Made by a program: the position numbers and the translations under genes. Shown piece by piece: positions 47,905 to 58,694 of a stretch of DNA of 64,000 nucleotides. The notes beneath the pieces are model-generated. The model had not been told where the DNA came from. It ran no database searches and saw only the letters and a list, made by a program, of their open reading frames with translations. The stretch is taken from the NCBI GenBank assembly GCA_964417855.1, contig CAYQJB010000001.1:38709-102708 (forward strand), given 5' to 3'. Every line of letters begins with the position of its first letter. Position 1 is the stretch's first letter. The DNA comes from an uncultured Candidatus Saccharibacteria bacterium. Lineage in GTDB: Bacteria > Patescibacteriota > Minisyncoccia > Phycocordibacterales > CAIZLB01.

Positions 47905-48318
47905 TCATCTATTGTTATGACCGTGTCCACCTTGGTGTTGATTGCCCCCAAAGTTTTGGTGCTGACCATATCCACCTCCTCTTCCTGGCGTGTTGTATAC
48001 ACCACGGTTGTAACTACCGTTGTAACCACTATATCCATGATTACCGCCAACACTGTGACCGTAACCACTTGTATATCCACGATCTCCATAACTTGATCCG
48101 TAGTTATGGTTATCGTAACGATTATAGTATCCACCTCCGCGATAATAATTACGATATGGTTCGTACCCATAATACTGGGGACTTTCCACAATCACCTCCT
48201 CGACATACCCAGGTGTGTATGCTTGACTGCTATAATCAATCATCGGCACACAACTCGTCAAAAGAAATGCTGGTGGAGCAAGGACAAGTAATGCTGTAAG
48301 AAACAATTTTGCATTCAT
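47905..48318 (-). CDS. lipoprotein with Gly/Tyr/Asn/Arg-rich low-complexity domain; GC-rich gene
   Basis: Signal peptide plus lipobox LTSC. Same promoter architecture as 47511-47810. Confidence 0.5.
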   Translation of the reverse strand: MNAKLFLTALLVLAPPAFLLTSCVPMIDYSSQAYTPGYVEEVIVESPQYYGYEPYRNYYRGGGYYNRYDNHNYGSSYGDRGYTSGYGHSVGGNHGYSGYNGSYNRGVYNTPGRGGGYGQHQNFGGNQHQGGHGHNNR

Positions 48319-48488
48319 ATTCTTTGTGATTCTAGGGTTCTGTATTTTAGTTCAGGGTTCTGATGCAAGGAATCGATAACATCTTCACATCTGTCTTAAT
48401 GCTATTCTTCTCGTGATTTTTGTCAATGCAGAAAAATAATCACAAAAAAAAGAGCCCTATTGCTAGGACTCTTTTTATTGTTTCTTTG

Positions 48489-48560
48489 CGCGGCTGATGG
48501 GTGCTGACCCCACGGCCTCTCCCGTGACAGGGGAGTGCTCTACCGTTGAGCTACAGCCGC
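48489..48560 (-). tRNA. tRNA-Asp (anticodon GUC), CCA not encoded, unusual T-loop GTCAGCA
   Basis: Cloverleaf: GCGGCTG/CAGCCGC acceptor, GCTC-AACGGTA-GAGC D-arm, CTCCC-CTGTCAC-GGGAG anticodon arm. Confidence 0.6.
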
Positions 48561-49159
48561 ATTTTCATGAATCCTTCGAAAATAAGCTTTTTTCTGTCCA
48601 GATAAAGCTTACTCGTCGTATTATACATGATTTTATAAATTTTCAAAGAGTCTCGGGTACTATACTGTAATCTACTATAATTTCCACTTCTAAGGTTAAA
48701 TAAACTTCCACCGTCCAAACCTAAAGAATTAAGCATATTAAATAGATTATTTAAGAACATTTTACTAGCAGAAGTAAAGGCTACAAACATCACGGATGTT
48801 GGTTTTTTTCTTGTTTTATTAGTATGCCCTACCCAGATATTTCCATCCCCATCAAAATACCCTCTAATAAAATCTCCTTCATATTTTTTTGGAATGGTAG
48901 GAATATCCATTCTTAATGACTTATTTGGGGTAAGTCCAAGGAGTACAAGGTCATTAAACATTTCTTTGCTTCCAATTTGGACCCTATATACAGACCCCGT
49001 TTCTGATTTTATTTCAGATATTTTATGTGGTAATTTCATTACTTCAGCAATAGAAATAAGAAGTTCCCTGTCAGCCGTATAGAAAGAGATAAAATGAGTA
49101 TTTCTTTTAGTTTTAATTATGTTACCATCTGCAAATAAAAAACCTAAAATATAAGCCAT
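48551..49159 (-). CDS. double-motif LAGLIDADG homing endonuclease; stop lies inside tRNA-Asp 5' end
   Basis: LGFLFADGNI and IRGYFDGDGNIW dodecapeptide motifs. Confidence 0.75.
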   Translation of the reverse strand: MAYILGFLFADGNIIKTKRNTHFISFYTADRELLISIAEVMKLPHKISEIKSETGSVYRVQIGSKEMFNDLVLLGLTPNKSLRMDIPTIPKKYEGDFIRGYFDGDGNIWVGHTNKTRKKPTSVMFVAFTSASKMFLNNLFNMLNSLGLDGGSLFNLRSGNYSRLQYSTRDSLKIYKIMYNTTSKLYLDRKKLIFEGFMKMRL

Positions 49160-49267
49160 GTTAGGCGACCATTTTTTGAAAAAGTTGTTGTTGTTAATTT
49201 TAAATACTGGAGTGGTATTATTATATATTCGAAAAAATTAATGACAATTGCGAACATTAAAAAAGTG

Positions 49268-49341
49268 TGTCGACGGGAGGGATCGAACCTCCGACCTTGG
49301 GCTTATGAGTCCCACGCTCTAACCAACTGAGCTACGTCGAC
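49268..49341 (-). tRNA. tRNA-Met (or tRNA-Ile lysidine), anticodon CAU, elongator-type
   Basis: Cloverleaf: perfect acceptor GTCGACG/CGTCGAC, canonical D-arm and T-arm (GGAGG-TTCGATC-CCTCC), loop CTCATAA. Confidence 0.8.
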
Positions 49342-49423
49342 GTACAGACACTATAATACAAAAACACCTAATTTTCAAGCTTTATAGAAGGCTCTATTTT
49401 ATGCATTTTTTACGATTAATATC

Positions 49424-49460
49424 TACCCAGCAAAAAAGCCCCTATTAGGAGCTTTTTTTT
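49424..49460. terminator. bidirectional hairpin AAAAAAGCCCCTATTAGGAGCTTTTTTTTTT between the two CAU tRNAs
   Basis: Read directly. Confidence 0.6.
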
Positions 49461-49468
49461 TTAAATTG

Positions 49469-49539
49469 TTGCGGAGTCCGGAATTGCACCGGATCTACAA
49501 GGTTATGAGCCTCGCGTGCGACTGTAACACTCCCCCGCA
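49469..49539 (-). tRNA. atypical tRNA-like gene with CAU anticodon: 7-bp acceptor, 4-bp D-stem with 7-nt D-loop lacking GG, T-loop TGCAATT
   Basis: Hand-folded TGCGGGG..(GTGT-TTACAGTC-GCAC)..CGAGG-CTCATAA-CCTTG..TCCGG-TGCAATT-CCGGA..CTCCGCA-A. Confidence 0.4.
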
Positions 49540-49647
49540 ATTTGTATCTATATCAAATATGAATACCTTCGTACTATATAACATATTGTAATAAAAGACA
49601 ATCCTTTTCAGGTTTTAGTCTAAAATACCAAATAGCAATAAGTCAGC

Positions 49648-50430
49648 CTAGATAAAATAGAATTCAGCAAAAACCTTTCTGTATAAATCTATTGTGTTTT
49701 GAGCTTGCTCATGTGACAACTCATATGAAGACCCTTCATGAGCAATGGTGTTTCTAACTTTATGAGCCCTCCATGCCAAATCAAGTGTATTAAAGTCTGA
49801 GGACTCAATTGCTTTTAATTTGTCTGCGATAGTGTCTCCATCGTAACCCATTTGATCAAGCATTTCATATAGCAAAATATCAGCTTCAAGAATTGCCATT
49901 CTCCAATCTGAAGAATTTGTAGATGCTATGTGACCTAAAATATCTTCCCATTTTTTATTTTCTCCAGATGGATTAAGTACAGGCTTACCGGCAGACAAGT
50001 CTGTACCACCTTCAGACACACCTTCTCCAACACCCCCCTGCGATACACCACTCTGTGAACCCGCAGTACTTGAAATACTTGCGATATAACCTTTTGGTAA
50101 ACTAGTTTTATACAAAGTAACAATTTCCTTTTGCTTATTTTTTAAATAAAAGGACGCAAGAAGGAAAAATAGAATTAAAAAAACAGAGAAAAATATCACC
50201 ATATTAAATAGTGAATTGAATGAGTCCAGAGCCTGATTTATAAAACCAGTTGAGTCTGTAGTCAACTTTCCTTGTCCGTACCCCAAATTCTCTAAAACTC
50301 TTTTCCCGGTTGCAAGATAAATAAGAACAATAAAAGCGACAACTGAAAATATCTTAATTTCCAATGCGAACATATGGTCTGAAGCCCCAGCACTTGCTGG
50401 TTTTTTTGCATCTGGTTTTTTATCTGCCAT
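49648..50430 (-). CDS. membrane protein with C-terminal DUF4145 (HEPN-superfamily, R-x4-H) domain
   Basis: Two TM helices. C-terminal LDLAWRAHKVRNTIAHEG...DLYRKVFAEF fits the DUF4145/HEPN RN..AH pattern. Confidence 0.5.
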   Translation of the reverse strand: MADKKPDAKKPASAGASDHMFALEIKIFSVVAFIVLIYLATGKRVLENLGYGQGKLTTDSTGFINQALDSFNSLFNMVIFFSVFLILFFLLASFYLKNKQKEIVTLYKTSLPKGYIASISSTAGSQSGVSQGGVGEGVSEGGTDLSAGKPVLNPSGENKKWEDILGHIASTNSSDWRMAILEADILLYEMLDQMGYDGDTIADKLKAIESSDFNTLDLAWRAHKVRNTIAHEGSSYELSHEQAQNTIDLYRKVFAEFYFI

Positions 50431-50551
50431 TGTATTGTAATTCTATCATACTAGATGAGCAAAGAGAAAGACTAATTAGAATATGTACAAATTTTCGATT
50501 AAATTCCCCACCAACATACAGTATTACTGCCTAAAGTAGAATTAGTTTCCC

Positions 50552-51895
50552 TTACTGGGGGGTGCTGGTGCCGGTGTCAACACAGGTGTTAGTTACATAG
50601 TCAAAATATGTGGTCTCCGTTGCTCCAGCACAGTAAGGTTCAACAGACGTCTTTCTTTGATCAACCGAGGCTGCGCATGTACCATTGGCAGTATTTTCCG
50701 TTCCGTCTGTAAGGAACACCAGACCTTCAGGACAAACAGCCTCAGTAGTACAATCCGTATCCGCTGAATCCACATCATTATCCAAATCATTATCTATACC
50801 GTCATGACATGTTGTTAAAGTATTTTCAGGACGTGATAGAAAAGGGTGAGCACCCGAGTGCAAAAAACCGGCACAATCTGCATCATAATTATCACTAGCT
50901 CCATCACCATCATTATCGATATGATCGTTACAAAGATCTGCTGTATTCTCCTGTGGAGATGGAGAAGTAATGGTATTTACGATTGGAGCAAAGACAGTCT
51001 CATAGAAGCTTCCTCCTGAACCATTAGAAATAGCAGGGGCACCATTTGTAATACCAGCAACGGCATCAACGGAGTCGCTTATATTGGTAGATGCCTCTAA
51101 ACCATCATGTCCTGCAGGGAAGGGTCTCTCAGAAACTTCAGATTCACCAGCTCCAACAGTATACTCCACAACACCATACGTGTACCCATTTTCGTTTTCG
51201 CCTCCATTATTCAAAACATCAATAGCCGCAGGACTCGTGTCCCCTAAAATAAAACCAGTTCTCTTGTTTATAATACCACTTGATTCTGACCCACCTCCAC
51301 TTACTCCAACTTGAGCTGTCAAAATAGAGTAAGTTGCAAACGTTGTGTCAGTTTTAATTGCCTTATAACAAATCCCTGCTGCATCATCATCATATGGGTG
51401 AACGGGTACGGCTGGCATGTATTTTTTTGCTACCAATGCCGCCGCCGCATTATCAAAGTTTACACAAAGCTGTGTCGTACTATGTGTGGCTGATGCATCA
51501 GCCTTTTTAATAAAAAACGAAAGTTTGTTTGCCCAATTTGCTCTTTGTTCATTGTTGTGTCCAGCCGTTCTCTGCAAACCCAAAACCTTATTTTCCTTTT
51601 GATTATTCAGCGCAACGGTAGTTCCATCTGTTGGCGGAAATGTATGTGTATCATTATAATAAAGATCTGCAGCTATTCTAAACTGCCTCAAGTCCTCTGT
51701 TATCTTTGTATCATTAGTTTTCATTCTTGTGCTAGCAAGATTATTTAGAACAATTGATGACATTAGTGCGATTATCGCAACAACAACGAGAAGCTCAATT
51801 AAAGTGAAAGCTCTTTCTCTATTAGTTTTAGTTTTCATCATACTTATATTATACAGCTTTATCGAAAAAAATCGACAACATAACGCCAAATACAA
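50552..51895 (-). CDS. type IV pilin-like protein with C-terminal thrombospondin-type-3-like Asp repeats
   Basis: Prepilin N-terminus RAFTLIELLVVVAIIALMSSIV. C-terminal DNDGDGASDNYDADC and DNDLDNDVDSADTDC. Confidence 0.6.
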   Translation of the reverse strand: MYLALCCRFFSIKLYNISMMKTKTNRERAFTLIELLVVVAIIALMSSIVLNNLASTRMKTNDTKITEDLRQFRIAADLYYNDTHTFPPTDGTTVALNNQKENKVLGLQRTAGHNNEQRANWANKLSFFIKKADASATHSTTQLCVNFDNAAAALVAKKYMPAVPVHPYDDDAAGICYKAIKTDTTFATYSILTAQVGVSGGGSESSGIINKRTGFILGDTSPAAIDVLNNGGENENGYTYGVVEYTVGAGESEVSERPFPAGHDGLEASTNISDSVDAVAGITNGAPAISNGSGGSFYETVFAPIVNTITSPSPQENTADLCNDHIDNDGDGASDNYDADCAGFLHSGAHPFLSRPENTLTTCHDGIDNDLDNDVDSADTDCTTEAVCPEGLVFLTDGTENTANGTCAASVDQRKTSVEPYCAGATETTYFDYVTNTCVDTGTSTPQ

Positions 51896-51906
51896 TCAAA
51901 CAATGA

Positions 51907-53412
51907 CTATCTCACCTCTTCAAACTTCTTTCCTATTGCAAACAAAACGTCTTCTCTACATGACGGTGCCATGAATTGAATACCAAGTGGTAATTTTATT
52001 TTTCCCCCATTATTTTCTATAGAATTTACACTTGAAGAATCTTTCTCTTCTGCTTCTACATAACCCGATGGAACAGAAATAGCTGGGATTCCAATTAGGT
52101 TTGCAGTAACCGTAAATATATCTTCTAAATACATTTGAACTGGATCACTAGTATTTTGGCCAATTTTAAAAGCTGGACTTGGTGCTGTTGGTGTCAGGAT
52201 GACATCAACTTCCTCAAATGCTTTTTTGAAATCTTGTGCAATCAAATCTCTGACAATATTGGCCTTGTTATAATACGCATCATGATATCCAGATGAAAGC
52301 ACATAGGTTCCTAAAATTATTCTTCTTCTAACTTCCTTTCCCAATAATCCCCCTCTGGTATTTAGATAGTCACCAAGTAAATCATCGCCCTCAATTTTTG
52401 AACCGTATTTTACAGCATCAAATCTTGCCATGTTCGATGAAACCTCAGCTGGCATCAAAATATAATAAACAGCTAGTGAATATTTTATATGAGGAAGACT
52501 AACTTCTTTTATCTCAACCCCTGCTTTTTTAAGTTTTTCTATTGATTCATTTAAATTCTTAAGAACAGCTGGATCAATTCCACCCATATTCATAAGCTCA
52601 GGAACAATTCCTATTCTTAATTTATTCAAATCTATTCTTGATGTATTTGCGACTGTATTCTTCACCTCTTCATCTGAAAGTGAGGTTGCGTCATATCTAT
52701 CCTGTCCTTTTATTACATTAAAAATTTGTTCCGTTTCTTCAACTGTTTTTGCGATTGGTCCGATTACGTCTAGTGACGACCCCATCGCCATTAGTCCATG
52801 ACGAGAAACTCTTCCATATGTTGGCTTAAGTCCAACTACTCCGCAGTAACTTGCGGGTTGTCTAATTGATCCACCTGTATCTGATCCAAGTGAAACAAGT
52901 ACGGCGTCCATTGCAACCGAAGCCGCTGATCCACCTGATGAGCCTCCGGCAACACGAGATAAATCATTTGGATTTTTTGTTACCCCATATGCGGAGTTCT
53001 CAGTTGAACCTCCCATGGCAAATTCATCCATATTCACTCTTCCGATAAAAATAGCTCCGACTGCTTTTAGTTTTGTGATTACATTTGAATCATAGGCGCT
53101 AATATAATTTTCCAGGATTTTCGATGAAGCTCCCGCGTGCTTTCCTTCTGTTAAAATATTGTCCTTGATTGCAAAAGGAATTCCAAGCAGGGCTCTCGCT
53201 GAAAGGTCTCCTCCTCCCTTTCTTTCGTCATCAGCTTTTTTTGCTTGTTCAAGTGCGTCTGCAAAAACCTCTCTAAATGCATTTATATCTTTGTCTTTTA
53301 AATTTATTTGATCAAGATAAGCTTGCACCAAATCAACACTGGTTAATGTGCCGTTTGCAAACATTTCTTTTACTGATGATATTGTGAGTGATTTTAGATC
53401 TATTGTAGTCAT
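51907..53412 (-). CDS. gatA: Glu-tRNA(Gln)/Asp-tRNA(Asn) amidotransferase subunit A
   Basis: Amidase signature GGSSGGSAASVA with Ser-cisSer-Lys triad context. Confidence 0.9.
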   Translation of the reverse strand: MTTIDLKSLTISSVKEMFANGTLTSVDLVQAYLDQINLKDKDINAFREVFADALEQAKKADDERKGGGDLSARALLGIPFAIKDNILTEGKHAGASSKILENYISAYDSNVITKLKAVGAIFIGRVNMDEFAMGGSTENSAYGVTKNPNDLSRVAGGSSGGSAASVAMDAVLVSLGSDTGGSIRQPASYCGVVGLKPTYGRVSRHGLMAMGSSLDVIGPIAKTVEETEQIFNVIKGQDRYDATSLSDEEVKNTVANTSRIDLNKLRIGIVPELMNMGGIDPAVLKNLNESIEKLKKAGVEIKEVSLPHIKYSLAVYYILMPAEVSSNMARFDAVKYGSKIEGDDLLGDYLNTRGGLLGKEVRRRIILGTYVLSSGYHDAYYNKANIVRDLIAQDFKKAFEEVDVILTPTAPSPAFKIGQNTSDPVQMYLEDIFTVTANLIGIPAISVPSGYVEAEEKDSSSVNSIENNGGKIKLPLGIQFMAPSCREDVLFAIGKKFEEVR

Positions 53413-53422
53413 ATTTTTTGTT

Positions 53423-53450
53423 GGGGTCAGGCACCATGGTGCCTGACCCC
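53423..53450. repeat. 28-bp palindrome copy 4 (identical to copy 1)
   Basis: Read directly, between gatC and gatA. Confidence 0.9.
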
Positions 53451-53456
53451 AAATCG

Positions 53457-53765
53457 TTAGCCGAGAATTTTCTTAACCTCCACCAATCCATCTTGATGCT
53501 TTGGAGCAGCCTCTACCAGCTTTTGTGGAACTGGATTAAGCAATTGATCAGCAACATCATCTCTCATTACATTTCTATGAGAAAGATCCGATGGGTTTTT
53601 AATTGAAGCGCTTGTAGTATCAGCACCTTCTGTCACCTCTTGTATTTGATCTACATACTTCAGAATATGGCTTATCTCCGTAGCGTATTGCTCAGCCTCT
53701 TCATTTGCAACCTTAATACGTGCAAGGCTAGCCAATTTTTGTATATCTTCTGATGTGATTGTCAT
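53457..53765 (-). CDS. gatC: amidotransferase subunit C
   Basis: Approx 100 aa, ITSEDIQKLASLARIKVANEE typical GatC N-terminus, immediately upstream of gatA. Confidence 0.8.
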   Translation of the reverse strand: MTITSEDIQKLASLARIKVANEEAEQYATEISHILKYVDQIQEVTEGADTTSASIKNPSDLSHRNVMRDDVADQLLNPVPQKLVEAAPKHQDGLVEVKKILG

Positions 53766-53870
53766 GTTTGTTATAGTAGCATTATTGGGACGATTTTCAA
53801 ATGTCGAGGTCTGGTGAGACTTAGGCCTATCTTCATAAAATGTAGTACATTTTATTAAAATTAAACTCTA

Positions 53871-54128
53871 CTAATAAAGTTCGCTATGCGAACCAATTTC
53901 GACTAGAATAACCACATCTTTCTGACTTTTATCAAAAATAACTCTAACATCCCCTGTTACATTCAAACTCCATAAATCCTTTAACTTACCAGATAGTCTA
54001 TGAATATTTAGAGACCTATCACCTGAGTCTTTTATAAAAATTCCTATTCTAGCCCTGAACTCATTTTTAATTCTTTGGTCCTGTTTTTTAAATTGCTTAT
54101 CAAATTTATTGGTAGTGGTTATTATCAT
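53871..54128 (-). CDS. RelE/ParE-superfamily toxin (YafQ-like)
   Basis: HRLSGKLKDLWSLNVTGDVRVIFDK...VVILVEIGSHSELY matches the YafQ/RelE C-terminal pattern. Confidence 0.65.
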   Translation of the reverse strand: MIITTTNKFDKQFKKQDQRIKNEFRARIGIFIKDSGDRSLNIHRLSGKLKDLWSLNVTGDVRVIFDKSQKDVVILVEIGSHSELY

Positions 54129-54156
54129 TAGTAAGGTTCATTATGACGACTAGAGA

Positions 54157-54462
54157 TTAAGAATTAAGATGCTTCATTAAATCATTGGTATTATCAAATG
54201 GGCCCGAGGTTTTACCTTCTTTATATTCTTTCCTTGCTTCAACAATTAAAGACTCTAAACGTGGTGTTATGGTTGTTGATGTAGAAAATTCAAGCTGACC
54301 AGTTCTTGCAAATTGCTTTAGTGTTGCGTTCACTATTGAACTCAAAGACAGCCCTAGATCAAAGGCTCTTTGCTGGGCTTGTACCTTTACATCATTATCT
54401 ATCTTTAGATTGACCTGTGTTTTCATATACCATAAGTATATACTTATGGTAGCGTGAGTCAA
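54157..54462 (-). CDS. DinJ/RelB-like RHH antitoxin (likely start MKTQVNL at 54426)
   Basis: VNLKIDNDVKVQAQQRAFDLGLSLSSIVNATLKQ ribbon-helix-helix segment. Overlaps and pairs with the toxin gene. Confidence 0.6.
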   Translation of the reverse strand: MTHATISIYLWYMKTQVNLKIDNDVKVQAQQRAFDLGLSLSSIVNATLKQFARTGQLEFSTSTTITPRLESLIVEARKEYKEGKTSGPFDNTNDLMKHLNS

Positions 54463-54470
54463 GTCAACTA

Positions 54471-56618
<2,148 letters not shown>

Positions 56619-56691
56619 TTAACACAATTTAAGCACGGGGTCAGTCACGACGGCACTCAAACACCCAATAGTCATACATAGTCCTAAATCA

Positions 56692-57324
56692 TTAGTATTG
56701 TACATCCAGACCTCTTTCTACCGTTCTTGGATTTGCAGTATTACAACCTATTTTATCGGCTGTTACACCAGAATTATATCCTCTAGAAATAATTCTGGTG
56801 TAGGGTACGTTTTCTGTATTACCCAAATCATCTGTTGCACTATTATAACCTTTAGCAATCACGACTTTTGCACAAGACGGATATCCATCGGTATTATTTG
56901 AATAATCAATAATTAAAGTTGAGGTTGCTGCATCAAAAGACACCATTTTTGATGCATATATTTTACCAGCTCCGCAACGAATAGTTGCATTTTCGGTGGG
57001 TATAGGTATAGGTGTAGGTGTAGCTGCGACAACAGTAGAAGATGCAGAAAATGGACCATCATCCAAAACATTTGTTCCATCAGCATTTTTTACATCCCAA
57101 AACTGTACACATTCAGAGCCAGAGTCAGCTGCATAAAAAGCAATCTGTGAATCTTTTCCTGAGCCTGCAAGAAGTAATTGCTTCAAAATAATATTCCCAA
57201 TAGAAAAACCAACAGCAAGCAGAAGGCTTGAGACAACCATAGCCACAAAGAGTGTAAAACCAGAAGATCTGCTTTCTCTTGTGCTGTTCTTTTTGTTTTT
57301 CATCAGTTTATTTAAATTAATCAT
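56692..57324 (-). CDS. minor type IV pilin/pseudopilin
   Basis: Prepilin N-terminus GFTLFVAMVVSSLLLAVG. Confidence 0.6.
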   Translation of the reverse strand: MINLNKLMKNKKNSTRESRSSGFTLFVAMVVSSLLLAVGFSIGNIILKQLLLAGSGKDSQIAFYAADSGSECVQFWDVKNADGTNVLDDGPFSASSTVVAATPTPIPIPTENATIRCGAGKIYASKMVSFDAATSTLIIDYSNNTDGYPSCAKVVIAKGYNSATDDLGNTENVPYTRIISRGYNSGVTADKIGCNTANPRTVERGLDVQY

Positions 57325-57345
57325 ATTGTAATTATATTACTTAAA

Positions 57346-58005
57346 TTATAAACCATTTTTAGAAGCCCAGTTTGTAAAATACTCTTTTAAAGTAAGCTTT
57401 GATTGACTACTTCCAGTTTTCCAATACATATTCACAACCATAACAATTTCTTGCGGGACTGCCGGTTGAGTACCTGTAGGCATAGGTACTCTTTCAAAAT
57501 ATATCTCTCTTTTAAATATAGAATCTGTTACTACACTCCCTGTTGTTTTACCAAAAATACCATCCCCAATCTTTAAAAAATTATCATTGTATGCATCAAA
57601 TTGATATCCACCAACACCTATAGTCAAGGATACTGTATTTGTCTTAGTAGTTGCAGCATTAGGAGCCGTCAGTATCATCTTGGTTCCGAATACACCGTCA
57701 GCTGTATTATCTCCAAGCCATATTCTTCTATCAGCATATTTCGCATTATCAACGTAAAACCCCGTAATTCCAATGCTCTGAACATCTCTCAAATTCCTTA
57801 CATATTCAATTGCCTCCTGCGCCAGATAATAAGCGGTCATTTGGTCTCTTGTGTAATACGATGAATGCAAAGCCTGCGCAATAATTCCGAGAGGCCCAAT
57901 AACAGCAATTGTCAAAATAGAAATTGCGACCAAAGTTTCTACCATAGTTAAGCCTGCGTTACTTCTCACCTTACCAATATTTAATTTTATTTTTTTCAGG
58001 AACAT
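57346..58005 (-). CDS. minor type IV pilin/pseudopilin
   Basis: GLTMVETLVAISILTIAVIGPL. Confidence 0.6.
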   Translation of the reverse strand: MFLKKIKLNIGKVRSNAGLTMVETLVAISILTIAVIGPLGIIAQALHSSYYTRDQMTAYYLAQEAIEYVRNLRDVQSIGITGFYVDNAKYADRRIWLGDNTADGVFGTKMILTAPNAATTKTNTVSLTIGVGGYQFDAYNDNFLKIGDGIFGKTTGSVVTDSIFKREIYFERVPMPTGTQPAVPQEIVMVVNMYWKTGSSQSKLTLKEYFTNWASKNGL

Positions 58006-58010
58006 ATTTA

Positions 58011-58652
58011 TTATTTTGGTAGATTTAGATTTCTTTGAGAAATATATGTCTGCACTGTAAAATCAGAAGTCTGGGTTGGGTTCACATTTGCCGTTCCATT
58101 CATCGTAAGAAACACACTCGGTTGACCAGTATAATTTGCAGAGATGGGATTACTCACAACAAATTTTAAATCCTTAATATCAACTTCTGGTGATGTTAAT
58201 GGATATTGGGAAACGACTTCGGACCCTGTGCGGGTTTCTTTCCATATTCTACCCTTACCGTCTGTCACTTCACGATAATATCTAACACCTCTTTTTTCAC
58301 CTGTAATTGTGGATACTAGGGAAATAGAGAAGAACGACGTATTGGGAGTACAACCATTATCACCAGATAGATTAGAAGTCGTGGATGCTGAAATAACATT
58401 CACAGTACAGGTGTAAGCATATCCTGTTTTAATGTCTCTGACCATACTTTCGACTGCAAAGTTTAAGTTATTAGCTACAGCATTTATTGCTTGAGCTTTT
58501 TTGTTACCATCAACGATAGATAAGATTGCTCCAAGACTCAGAGTCATAACCATAGCAAATAAACTAACAGAAACCATAACCTCAATAAGGGTAAAACCTC
58601 TTTTTTGATTGGTATTCTTTTCAGTTTTATTTTTATTATTATTTCTAATCAT
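58011..58652 (-). CDS. minor type IV pilin/pseudopilin
   Basis: GFTLIEVMVSVSLFAMVM. Confidence 0.6.
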   Translation of the reverse strand: MIRNNNKNKTEKNTNQKRGFTLIEVMVSVSLFAMVMTLSLGAILSIVDGNKKAQAINAVANNLNFAVESMVRDIKTGYAYTCTVNVISASTTSNLSGDNGCTPNTSFFSISLVSTITGEKRGVRYYREVTDGKGRIWKETRTGSEVVSQYPLTSPEVDIKDLKFVVSNPISANYTGQPSVFLTMNGTANVNPTQTSDFTVQTYISQRNLNLPK

Positions 58653-58694
58653 TTTTTTATTATTTACTATTTTTCAATAGAACCTCACATTATT

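Noticed and set aside
47559-48299. Plus-strand ORFs 47559-47819, 47617-47874, 47874-48299 and 48106-48291 in the GC-rich region
   Set aside because: Minus-strand alternatives have lipoprotein signal peptides with lipoboxes, duplicated promoters and a downstream terminator. Plus-strand products are His/Cys/Arg-rich antisense artefacts of Gly/Tyr codons.
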